Below are positions 13,632 to 22,424 of a DNA stretch of 64,000 nt, in pieces. Position numbers and translations under genes: made by a program. Below the pieces are notes generated by a model. That model did not search any database. It was not told the DNA's origin and worked only from the letters and a program-made list of their open reading frames with translations. The DNA comes from Candidatus Adlerbacteria bacterium (lineage in GTDB: Bacteria > Patescibacteriota > Minisyncoccia > Phycocordibacterales > SBAW01). The first letter of the stretch is position 1; each line of letters begins with the position of its first letter. The stretch spans positions 13,868 through 77,867 of the forward strand of contig JARIGK010000003.1 of the NCBI GenBank assembly GCA_029288895.1. Reading direction: 5' to 3'.

Positions 13632-13640
13632 TTATCCACA
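13632..13640 (+). promoter_or_regulatory. DnaA-box consensus
   Basis: TTATCCACA, exact match, intergenic. Confidence 0.5.
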
Positions 13641-13664
13641 CCCACAAAAAAGAAAACGGCTGTC

Positions 13665-13859
13665 TTACGACAGCCGCGCACACCTCATCTTCCAGAGTTC
13701 CCAACCCATATTGGCGATAAGAACGAACGGGCTAAGAACCAGAAGGGCCAACGCTGCGAAGAATGCAAGCATCCCCTTCTCGTGTGGAAGTGCGCAGGCC
13801 AGGACCAGCAACACAACCATAACGATAGCCATCAGCAAGACAAAATCCCAAAATTTCAT
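13665..13859 (-). CDS. Small two-TM orphan membrane protein
   Basis: GGAGG RBS; two hydrophobic helices. Confidence 0.6.
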   Translation of the reverse strand: MKFWDFVLLMAIVMVVLLVLACALPHEKGMLAFFAALALLVLSPFVLIANMGWELWKMRCARLS

Positions 13860-13905
13860 GACGGAAATCCTCCAAAGCCCAACCTCATGCATCGTATAGC
13901 AAAAC

Positions 13906-13932
13906 AAAAAATCCGCCAGAGGCGGAGATTTT
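13906..13932 (-). terminator. Terminator after rplL
   Basis: TCCGCC stem with T tail. Confidence 0.75.
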
Positions 13933-13952
13933 GCGAACGAGAGTTCTGGAGA

Positions 13953-14315
13953 TTACTTCAACTCGACTTTGCCGCCGGCTGCTTCCACAGCTGCCTTGAG
14001 CTTGTCTGCATCCTCCTTCTTCATGCCCTCCTTGAGCATAGCCGGGGCTGCATCGACGAGGTCCTTTGCTTCTTTGAGTCCAAGGCCAAGCGCATCCTTC
14101 ACTGCCTTGATGACAGCAACCTTCTGCGCACCTGCGTCTGCAAGCTGGACGTTGAACGAAGACTTCTCTTCTGCTGCCTCGCCACCTGCTGCTGGGCCTG
14201 CAACTGCAACTGCTGCTGCAGAAACACCCCACTTCTCTTCGATTGCCTTCACGAGCGTGTTGAGCTCGAGAACCGACATCTTCTCTACTGCTTCGATGAT
14301 TTGATCCTGATTCAT
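13953..14315 (-). CDS. rplL: 50S ribosomal protein L7/L12
   Basis: [26 protein letters not shown]. Confidence 0.98.
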   Translation of the reverse strand: MNQDQIIEAVEKMSVLELNTLVKAIEEKWGVSAAAVAVAGPAAGGEAAEEKSSFNVQLADAGAQKVAVIKAVKDALGLGLKEAKDLVDAAPAMLKEGMKKEDADKLKAAVEAAGGKVELK

Positions 14316-14328
14316 AAATTTTAATTAA

Positions 14329-14979
14329 TTAGCTAGTTTGTTCTGTTGATTCCGCTGCCGGAGCCTCTGCCACTTCAGCTGGGGCTTCTACCGCTTCTGC
14401 TGGAGCCGGAGCTTCAGCTTCTGCTGCTGGCGCAACTTCCTCAGCTGGCGCTGCAGCTTCCACAGCCGGAGCCGGAGCAGGTGCTGCTTCTGGAGCAGGA
14501 CCCTTCTTTGCCACTTCGCTCAGCACTACTGCAAAGCGCTGGCGCGGAGAGTTGATAACCTGCGCAAACATTGCGCGAAGTGTATCGAGCCCTGGGATAG
14601 CTGCGATTGCTTTGATTTCAGTTGCATCAACAAATTTGCCGCCGAACACGCCGCCTGCAAATGCAAGGTGGTCTGCAAACTTCTTAATGAAGACTGCCAA
14701 CTCGCGTGCCGGAGCGATCTCATCCTTTGCGTACGCAACTGCGATCTCGCCTTCAAGTTCAGGCATGGTGCCTTCAAACTTGGTGCCAAGTGCGCGGCGC
14801 ATCAAGGTCTTCTTAGCTACGGTGTAGCCAACCTCCGCCTTGCGGAGCACCTTGCGCATTTCGTTTTGTTCTTCGACCGTAAGGCCTTTGAACTTTGCAA
14901 AGACGAGCGTCGAGGAATCTTTGATGATCCCCTCCACCTTGTCGATGATTTCCGCTTTCTTTTGTTTTGTAATTGCCAT
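14329..14979 (-). CDS. rplJ: 50S ribosomal protein L10 with an Ala/Pro/Glu-rich C-terminal tail
   Basis: KGLTV, VAKKTL; upstream of rplL. Confidence 0.95.
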   Translation of the reverse strand: MAITKQKKAEIIDKVEGIIKDSSTLVFAKFKGLTVEEQNEMRKVLRKAEVGYTVAKKTLMRRALGTKFEGTMPELEGEIAVAYAKDEIAPARELAVFIKKFADHLAFAGGVFGGKFVDATEIKAIAAIPGLDTLRAMFAQVINSPRQRFAVVLSEVAKKGPAPEAAPAPAPAVEAAAPAEEVAPAAEAEAPAPAEAVEAPAEVAEAPAAESTEQTS

Positions 14980-15044
14980 TTTTGAGAAACACGGGCATAA
15001 AATACCCGCTTATTTATTCATCAAAATTCTAAAGGAATTTTGAT

Positions 15045-15130
15045 ACTAAGGGCTTGGGAGAATCGACCTACCTCGGCCGGATGCTTTCGCAATTAACGCG
15101 CGTGTGCGCTACCGACTGTCTCTGGCCCTA
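15045..15130 (-). promoter_or_regulatory. L10 leader (r-protein autoregulatory RNA)
   Basis: GAGACAGTCGGT...TTAA...CCGGCCGAGG pattern upstream of rplJ; promoter TTGACA-17-TAATCT at 15167-15139. Confidence 0.75.
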
Positions 15131-15278
15131 TGGGAATGAGATTACTGTGGTTGTGCGACGTTGTCAACTGGCGCGGGTACGTCCTTGGCAGCAAATAAGA
15201 TCACCAAAAACGCGGCGATGATAATCACCAAAAACGCGCACACAAAGGTATAGAAGTCTTTCGTAAGGAAGCGCTTCA

Positions 15279-15962
15279 TTACTGCAAGTGGTCGAGCGCG
15301 TACTGTAAATCAGTGTTGCCCGGGTTTGCTTTAAGGCCCGCCTCAAGCGTCGCCTGCGCTGCTGCCTTGTCGTGCATATTGATGTCCTGATACGTCGCCA
15401 AGTTTATGTAGAGACCAATATTTTTTGCATCAAGCGGGAGTGCCTTCTGCCAATACTCTACCCCAAGCGCCGCCTCGTGCATGTAGTTTGCGTAGAGGTC
15501 ACCCAAATTTTCGAAGGCAATCGGGTCATTCGGCCAGCGCTTCGTAACATAGATCCATACTTCTGCAGCGCCACTAAAATCATTTGCGCCTTTGCGGAGC
15601 TGTGCCAACTGCAACCAATAGGCGATGCCGTTCGGGTCAATCTTCAACTGTTGCACGGCTGTCGCGTACAATTTTTTATTATTGTCCTGCACACTTTGCG
15701 GCAATGTCGAAAGCGGTTTGTATGGGCGGTTCAAGTCAGGCTTTTGCAAGGTCGACTGGTCGGGCACAGCACTTCCTACTGACGAGTTAGGGCCTGCGTT
15801 CCCTCCCCCAGACGCCGATGTTGTTGAGGTTGTCGTTGCTGTGCTGTTCGAGACGCTCGGCGCGCTCGCTTTGTGATGCGCTGCAAAATACCAGCCCAAC
15901 GCTGCAATGACTACTACTGCGGCGGCAACAATGCCGTACCATTTCTGTGCTTTTGGATCCAT
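15279..15962 (-). CDS. Membrane-anchored TPR protein
   Basis: TM helix, S/T linker, TPR-like helices (AFENLGDLY, ANPGN). Confidence 0.8.
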   Translation of the reverse strand: MDPKAQKWYGIVAAAVVVIAALGWYFAAHHKASAPSVSNSTATTTSTTSASGGGNAGPNSSVGSAVPDQSTLQKPDLNRPYKPLSTLPQSVQDNNKKLYATAVQQLKIDPNGIAYWLQLAQLRKGANDFSGAAEVWIYVTKRWPNDPIAFENLGDLYANYMHEAALGVEYWQKALPLDAKNIGLYINLATYQDINMHDKAAAQATLEAGLKANPGNTDLQYALDHLQ

Positions 15963-16083
15963 ACCCCTATTCTACTACCGCGGGATGAGCTCATCAAACC
16001 ATAGATAAGTATTGTCTGCATTAGATACGGTACGATTTTTGATGGATAATTCAATAGAAAATTGTGAACATTTAGGGCTTCCC

Positions 16084-16446
16084 CTATTTCTGTGGTTTTT
16101 CAGGCGGCTTCGGTCCCTTATTTGCGCCTCCACCAGCAGATGAATCTTGAGGAGGGTCTTGCAGATCACTTGGCTGTATTGGACTTTGTACATTTGGCGG
16201 AGTCCAAGAAGCCGCTATAGGGCCAAACACACTTTCGTAGTTTGCTATTTGATGCGCAAGAATCATTGATAAACGCTTTGCGTGTTGCGGTGTCATGACG
16301 AATGATTCAGGCATTTCTCCAAAATAAAAACCAAAGACAATACTGCCTTCCGCTATTAAAGTACGTGTGTCATCAATGAATCTCTTAGTGGCTTTTAGAA
16401 TTTTATCGTTCTCTTGTTTATTTTTTTCTATTTCTTCTGGAGTCAT
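16084..16446 (-). CDS. DUF3467-like protein
   Basis: FVMTPQHAKRL...YESVFGPI motif. Confidence 0.7.
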   Translation of the reverse strand: MTPEEIEKNKQENDKILKATKRFIDDTRTLIAEGSIVFGFYFGEMPESFVMTPQHAKRLSMILAHQIANYESVFGPIAASWTPPNVQSPIQPSDLQDPPQDSSAGGGANKGPKPPEKPQK

Positions 16447-16488
16447 AATTATTTTCTTAGTCCTAGTAGCGAGACCTGCACGGGTAAA

Positions 16489-16513
16489 TAAAAAGCCCCC
16501 ATGGGGCTTTTTA
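16489..16513. terminator. Bidirectional terminator
   Basis: TAAAAAGCCCC-loop-GGGGCTTTTTA. Confidence 0.75.
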
Positions 16514-16587
16514 TCCTAACTTAGTTAGGGGTTTCTACGCTTTTTACCATGTAATAACTTTTTGTGATTACTGATAATACTGCAGCG

Positions 16588-17205
16588 CTATTGTACCACA
16601 GCGGGGGTAGAACCATGTTGGGCAAAGAGATATATGGTTGCGAGTATAAATAATATCGTTATGGCAAGAGCTAAAAATATAGTTTGTAATTTCCAAGGCC
16701 ACTGAGGTGCCGGAACCGTGTTCCCTCGTTCAAGCCCGCTACCTTCATGATACGCATGAGCTTCTTCAAAGGTGGTCTCTCGACGAGCCGCTTTGTCCCA
16801 TTTTTTAAATCGGATAATACGTTGACGCAACATTGCATCCCAGAAATCTTCATTCACCTTGAGGTAAAAAAGTCCGAAGGCGAGAGAGATTGCAAGTGAC
16901 GACATGCTTACTGCGAATGCAAGTTTGAGCGTGAAGATACCATCCGCATTGAATTTGACTAGCTTGTCTGGAGTAAAATTATCTAGAAATAAACTTCCGA
17001 ACGCAAAAATTATTGTTGCAATCTGCACTTGGAGACGTATATACTCATCCGCGATTGAAGCGCTGCGTTGCTCTGCCCACAAGGCGTTTGCCTGGATAGA
17101 ATCGCGCATATCACGTGCCTCTTGGAGCTTCTCGTCGGCAGACATTTCAGGAGAACGTTTTTGCAGTTCATTATCGAGCAAATCCCGCACTTCTTGTTCA
17201 GTCAT
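16588..17205 (-). CDS. Hypothetical three-TM membrane protein
   Basis: 205-aa ORF with three hydrophobic segments; TATACT 6 nt upstream. Confidence 0.7.
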   Translation of the reverse strand: MTEQEVRDLLDNELQKRSPEMSADEKLQEARDMRDSIQANALWAEQRSASIADEYIRLQVQIATIIFAFGSLFLDNFTPDKLVKFNADGIFTLKLAFAVSMSSLAISLAFGLFYLKVNEDFWDAMLRQRIIRFKKWDKAARRETTFEEAHAYHEGSGLERGNTVPAPQWPWKLQTIFLALAITILFILATIYLFAQHGSTPAVVQ

Positions 17206-17258
17206 GGCCCAAGTATACTGCTGACTAAATTCTTCACAATAGTGACAAAAGACTCCAA

Positions 17259-17471
17259 TTAAAGGCTATTATCGTGGAACCAGGCAAGTAGCTCTTGTAG
17301 GTTTTGTCTATATTCAACTAGCTCGGAGCCTTGTTTGACTGACACACTCCCCCTTTCTTTGGACATATAAAACTCTAGCCGCATGCATTCATCATATGTA
17401 CGAGTATATGCCTCATCAAAACTTAAACTTTTTATGACTGAAACGAAGCGTTCAAAATTAAAATTATTCAT
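17259..17471 (-). CDS. Small hypothetical protein, possibly a truncated remnant
   Basis: 70-aa AT-rich ORF. Confidence 0.4.
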   Translation of the reverse strand: MNNFNFERFVSVIKSLSFDEAYTRTYDECMRLEFYMSKERGSVSVKQGSELVEYRQNLQELLAWFHDNSL

Positions 17472-17536
17472 TAAACAGATATAACAATGGCGTCATCAAA
17501 TCCTGATAAAACCAAAATCAGACATATATAGAAAAC

Positions 17537-17568
17537 ACAAAAGCCCCTCCGTGAGGAGGGGCTTTTGT
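17537..17568 (-). terminator. Terminator of the large surface-protein gene
   Basis: ACAAAAGCCCCTCC-loop-GGAGGGGCTTTTGT. Confidence 0.85.
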
Positions 17569-17597
17569 TGGATTAACTCCAGCGAACGTTTGTCGAA

Positions 17598-20500
17598 TTA
17601 CTTCGAGATAACGTTTGCGAAGCAGTCCTGACCGAGGCCAGCAGTTGCGAAGCAGCCGCCGAGGCCGTAGCCGTTAGTCCAGTCAGCCATGGTACCAGTA
17701 CCGACAACCGCAGTGGTGGTCGATTCAGGAGACCAGATGATGTTGCTTGCCTGGAGCGCAGTAGTGGTGGTTGCACCAACTGCTACTGCTGAGGTGTCAG
17801 CCTTGAGTGCTACCGAGACTGAACCCGTCGAGTTGCTGCCGTTCAAAGCGACAGTACCGCGGAGGGTGTAGGTCTTAGTAGTACCTGCTGCAACAACCGC
17901 ATCCGACGTGTTCGAACCATTGTCGAAGTAGACGGTGAGGAGGTTGCTGCTGGTTGCAAGGGATGTCGAAGCGACGTTGCCGTTAGGACCAGTGAAGGTC
18001 GGGCTCGACAAAGTTGCGTTCGAGAGGTTGAAGGTGAAGGTGAGCTTGTTCAAGGTCACATCGCCCTTCGAGTCTGCAGCAACAGTGAGGCTCAAGAGAA
18101 CCTGGTTACCGTTGACTGCGGTTGCACCTGCAGTGCTGTAGGTGAAGGTCGGGAATGATTTCACGATCTTAGCACCCTTAACTGCAGTGTCAGCTGAGCT
18201 CGGCTGAACGTTCTGGCCAGACGAGACGCCGACGCCGTAAGTACCGTTGGTACCAGTGACGTTGTTGCCATCGTAGTCGACCTTGACCGTATCACCCGAA
18301 ACCGTAATCGGACCGTTCACATTGATCGAAGCAATGTCACCCTTGATAACAAGGACGCGATTGCCGTTGACCGGGATGCGGAACGCACCCGATGCGATTG
18401 CTGACGAAGTTGCGTAGCTACCCGAAGCGAAGACTGCTGTACCAACCTGAGTGTTGGTCGTAGCATCCCACAACGTGACCTGGTTGTTTACGAGGTCGTA
18501 GTTGTTGCCTGAAGAGAGCTGGAGCGCAACCTGGCGCAAGTCGATAGCTTCGTTAGTGCCAGAGAAGTTGATGTGACCGAGGTCAACACCAGTTGCGCCG
18601 GCAGAAACTACGCTGTACGACGGAGTGCCTGAATCAACTGCGACCGACATGGTGCCGCCGGATGCCGAAGCAGCCATAGCAGGACCAGTCGAGCTGTTGA
18701 AGACTGCCGAAACAGTTGAACCGCTGGTTACACCCGATGCGCCAGTGTAGCCCGAGCCAGTGCCCAAGCCGAACTGGATAGTGTTTCCAGCACCCGAACG
18801 GAGGTCACATTCAACCGAGACCGTGACCGACGTACCCTTCGGAATGACGATGCCACCGCTGTTGAGCGTGAAGCTAAGGTCAGACGCAGAAGCGTTCGAC
18901 GAAGACGGGTTGACGATGTGCTGGTTCGAGATCGAAGTAGAACCGTTGTAGACCTGGCAGTTCGTTACATTGTTTGCAACTGAAGTACCGCCTGTGTAGG
19001 TGTACTTGATCGGGAGGGTCGTCACGCGGACGTCTTCACCCGAGTTCGTTGCATCGAGAACGATGTTTGCGAACGTGAACTGGTTGACACCAGAGATGAC
19101 AGTCTGTGCGATCGGAGTTGCCGAGACAGAGAGAGTCAACGCCTGTGCCTTCACAGTCATGAGTGCGCTTGCAAGGTTGCCAACAGTGTACGAGATCGTC
19201 TTACCAGTGTTCTGACCGACGATGTTCGAGATCGTATCAGTCTGAACCTTGATGGTGTCGTTGCTCTTGAAGCTGGTCGAAAGCTTGCCCTTGAGGAAGA
19301 GCTGAGTCGTACCAACTGGGAGAGTGACGCTGTCAGTGAAGGTCAAAACACCTGCTGATGCATCAACTGGACCTGCAAGCACGTGGCCTGCCTGGTCAAC
19401 GAGTTTAACGTTCGATACCCAAGTTGAGTCAATCCAAGTCTTACCAGAGAAGGTTGAGCTGCCGAGGTCGAAGACCATGCGGCCAATAGTCAACGGCTCG
19501 CCCTGGATCTGAACCTGGTAGCCACCGAGGACCTGGTCCATGGTGTTGAGAGCAACGTTCGATGCAGTTACAGCGTTCGTAGTCGAGACAGTGATAGTAC
19601 CTGCCTGAACTGAAACCTGGTAACCAGTGTAGTACGGATCATCAGTGCTGTTGATCACGCCTGCAGTGTTAGAACCGCTGACGTTGAACGACGGAAGGAT
19701 GCCGTAGCCGTACTGTGCACCAACAACGTTGATGTCAGAAGACTTCTGTACATCGAACTCGACGGTGGTGTTAGAGCCATTGGTGATATCACCCTGGATA
19801 GCAACATCCTTCGAGAAGCCTTTCTGGATCAAGATGCCCTGACCCGGGAAGACAGTCGAGTAGTAGTTGTCTGACGTAACAGTTACCGGGTACGAAGTAC
19901 CATCGACAACAGTTGCGACGTTAGCAAGGTAGCTCTGCGAGACCGAGCCAACCTGGTGCCAGCGGATCGACTTGAGGTACGTGTCTTCCGAAGAACCTGC
20001 CGTGAGGCGGACCGACGAGAAGATGTACGAAGTCTGGCCGACGTTTTCCTGGTTTGCTGAGCCTGGGTCATTGCTGCCCTTAGCTGCAGTGATCGAACCG
20101 ATGAGGTTCGATGCCTCGTTGATCGTCATGCTTGCGCCTGAGATCGGGAGGGAACCGCTCGTGACAGCTGCCGAAGAGTTAACTGCGACAACTGCGAACG
20201 TTGCGATCTGACCTGCGTAGGTTGAAGTGTTTGCACGATTTGCCGCGACCGTGAAGGTCATCGACGTACCGTTCGGGATCGTGACTGCTGAACCAACTAC
20301 CGCCTGGTGGTTGCTGTTCAAAGTCTTAGAGATACCGATCTGGGTGCCGTTCTGGTCCAAGAGCATCACGCCTGAAAACGCTGCGTCTGCCGCAATACCC
20401 TGGCGCTGGACGGTAACGTTGTTGAGGACTACATCGCCGCCAGAAGCGGTGACGGTGAACTTGGTGAACGGAACGCGAGCTGCATTGTTCGGAGCAAGGC

Positions 20501-21101
20501 CGTTTGCAGGCTGTGCTGCTGCCGAAACCATTGCAGTGCCGGTGCCAGTCGTAGTAGTGGTAGTGCCACCAGTGGTGGTCGTGGTGGTCGAGCCGCCGCA
20601 GAGCGAGTTAAGCTTTGCGCGAGTCAATGCACCGACGAAGCCAGAAACCGGAGAGATACCGTACTTGGTCTGGAACTTCATGACTGCTGCTTTCGTAGCA
20701 GGACCGAAGGTCGAAGTTTCCATACCAGCTGAACCAGCGCCAGATGCTGCAACCATAGTGCTTGAATCACTGTTCAAGAGCTTCTGGAGAGCCATAACCT
20801 GTGCACTCTTTGAACCAACCTGCATATCTGCAGTGAAGGTTGCCGCGCAAGAACCGCCAGTAGTAGTGGTGGTGCCGCCGGTTGAAGCCGGAGCAGAACC
20901 AGTGAGCGATGCCTGAACGTTTGCAATCGTCGCTGAATCAGCACCAAAGGACTGGAGCAACGAGATGATTGCGCTGACCTGCGAAGAGGTCAATGCCGCT
21001 GCGTGAGCAGGTGCTGCAATTGCGCCGAACATAAGTCCGAGAGCAACGACTGCGCCGCCGACGTACGCGACGAAACGAGATGAACTCTGAGTAATAGTCA
21101 T
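17598..21101 (-). CDS. Large secreted S-layer-like surface protein with an N-terminal peptidoglycan-binding domain
   Basis: Signal peptide (AHA|AA); VMALQKLLN...FGPATKAAVMKFQ...GFVGALTRAKLN; S/T/G-rich beta domains; strongly biased codons. Confidence 0.85.
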   Translation of the reverse strand: MTITQSSSRFVAYVGGAVVALGLMFGAIAAPAHAAALTSSQVSAIISLLQSFGADSATIANVQASLTGSAPASTGGTTTTTGGSCAATFTADMQVGSKSAQVMALQKLLNSDSSTMVAASGAGSAGMETSTFGPATKAAVMKFQTKYGISPVSGFVGALTRAKLNSLCGGSTTTTTTGGTTTTTTGTGTAMVSAAAQPANGLAPNNAARVPFTKFTVTASGGDVVLNNVTVQRQGIAADAAFSGVMLLDQNGTQIGISKTLNSNHQAVVGSAVTIPNGTSMTFTVAANRANTSTYAGQIATFAVVAVNSSAAVTSGSLPISGASMTINEASNLIGSITAAKGSNDPGSANQENVGQTSYIFSSVRLTAGSSEDTYLKSIRWHQVGSVSQSYLANVATVVDGTSYPVTVTSDNYYSTVFPGQGILIQKGFSKDVAIQGDITNGSNTTVEFDVQKSSDINVVGAQYGYGILPSFNVSGSNTAGVINSTDDPYYTGYQVSVQAGTITVSTTNAVTASNVALNTMDQVLGGYQVQIQGEPLTIGRMVFDLGSSTFSGKTWIDSTWVSNVKLVDQAGHVLAGPVDASAGVLTFTDSVTLPVGTTQLFLKGKLSTSFKSNDTIKVQTDTISNIVGQNTGKTISYTVGNLASALMTVKAQALTLSVSATPIAQTVISGVNQFTFANIVLDATNSGEDVRVTTLPIKYTYTGGTSVANNVTNCQVYNGSTSISNQHIVNPSSSNASASDLSFTLNSGGIVIPKGTSVTVSVECDLRSGAGNTIQFGLGTGSGYTGASGVTSGSTVSAVFNSSTGPAMAASASGGTMSVAVDSGTPSYSVVSAGATGVDLGHINFSGTNEAIDLRQVALQLSSGNNYDLVNNQVTLWDATTNTQVGTAVFASGSYATSSAIASGAFRIPVNGNRVLVIKGDIASINVNGPITVSGDTVKVDYDGNNVTGTNGTYGVGVSSGQNVQPSSADTAVKGAKIVKSFPTFTYSTAGATAVNGNQVLLSLTVAADSKGDVTLNKLTFTFNLSNATLSSPTFTGPNGNVASTSLATSSNLLTVYFDNGSNTSDAVVAAGTTKTYTLRGTVALNGSNSTGSVSVALKADTSAVAVGATTTTALQASNIIWSPESTTTAVVGTGTMADWTNGYGLGGCFATAGLGQDCFANVISK

Positions 21102-21417
21102 AATAACTAACTAAGCGAACAAATAATAATTACTTGTAATCAATGGATAAAAGAAACCGGAACGAAAACTGCGTGAACAAAACATCTACCCGCTCACTAC
21201 ATAAATAGTGAACGATTGGTAGCAAGAGTGGGTGTGGGATGTGCAGCCATATCTATCGTGAAGGAATTAGGAATGTCAGAGCAGAGCGCTCTTATACAGA
21301 CGCGCCGTGCATGCGGAACTTACCGCGTTTTCTACCTGTTCTATTTTGTTGTCAACGAGCGTTCCTTTCAGTGCGTCAGTACACAGGCTGTAGACGGCCG
21401 TTCAGTCGCTACAAACA

Positions 21418-21446
21418 AGTATATGTTCCCTGGGCACAGAACTCAA
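21418..21446 (-). promoter_or_regulatory. Putative promoter of the surface-protein gene
   Basis: TTGAGT-17 nt-TATACT. Confidence 0.55.
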
Positions 21447-21563
21447 AAATACCCTGTGGACAACAGCACAAATGCCCCTTTCGGGGTTTCCATGGGTATC
21501 CTTGGGGTACTCAAAAATTACACCTTATATATGGAGCGGTCAACCAGCCCCACTTGACAGGTT

Positions 21564-22289
21564 CTAAAGGGGTATGTACACGCTCCAACGGCGCTCCCCA
21601 ACCTTTTTGATGAGCCCCTCCTCTATAAGGAGTGCGAGCTCACGTTGGATGGTTTTTTCGCTGCAGTCTTTAATAACCGCGGCAATATCCTTAATAGAAG
21701 ACTCTTTGTTTGCACGTACAAATGCGAGAATTTTAGACGTCCGATCGCTATGTCCTTGACCAGATTCTTTAGGACGTCCTTTTGATTGTCCTTTATCAGT
21801 ATGTCCTTGAGAATTGCTCCGTGCTGACGGGAGTGCCCCAAGAGAAGAGGCTTGGGGCAATTCGCCTACCTCGACTTCAGGTACTGAAAAGTCACCGAGC
21901 CCAGCAAATGGTGAGGGGTGTACACTCGCTGAAAATCGCTCCGCGAGCATCTCATATTCGTTCGATATAATGGCTCCATTTTCCTGTTCGAGGAAGCCGC
22001 CCGTAGTTGCCAAACGCACCTTCGAAAGGAGTGAAAAAATATCTGCAACGACGACCGCAGCGTCGACTTCGCCGGCAGCAAAATGCGCAAACGTGTGTGG
22101 GAGGTCGGCCGCCGCTGTGACAAGTTTAAAGGCCATGTCGCGTTCTTTAACCTCTGCGCGCTCGGCCAAAATGGAGAGAACGTGCGCAATTTTTTCTGCC
22201 TTTAAGTAACAAAAATACCAATCGCTTCGTCCTTTAAAAAGGATTGATTGTAAAGCAAACTCGTGGAATTTTTTTTCTATATCAGACAC
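21564..22289 (-). CDS. Protein with a C-terminal DeoR-like winged HTH
   Basis: SIKDIAAVIKDCSEKTIQRELALLIEEGLIKKVGERRWSVY; GTG start. Confidence 0.8.
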   Translation of the reverse strand: MSDIEKKFHEFALQSILFKGRSDWYFCYLKAEKIAHVLSILAERAEVKERDMAFKLVTAAADLPHTFAHFAAGEVDAAVVVADIFSLLSKVRLATTGGFLEQENGAIISNEYEMLAERFSASVHPSPFAGLGDFSVPEVEVGELPQASSLGALPSARSNSQGHTDKGQSKGRPKESGQGHSDRTSKILAFVRANKESSIKDIAAVIKDCSEKTIQRELALLIEEGLIKKVGERRWSVYIPL

Positions 22290-22424
22290 GATTTTGTCTT
22301 ATACAAGTCCTTTATTGTCCCTTTGATTTCTCAAAGTCATTAAGGCCACTCGTGTCTTTGAGTATACTCCCGTGGATTTTAAACGCAAAAATACGCTGAA
22401 AGATGATATTATGTACGCATATCT

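Noticed and set aside
13290-13660. Replication origin
   Set aside because: Only one perfect DnaA box, no dnaA/dnaN, no AT-rich unwinding element, and no switch in gene orientation.
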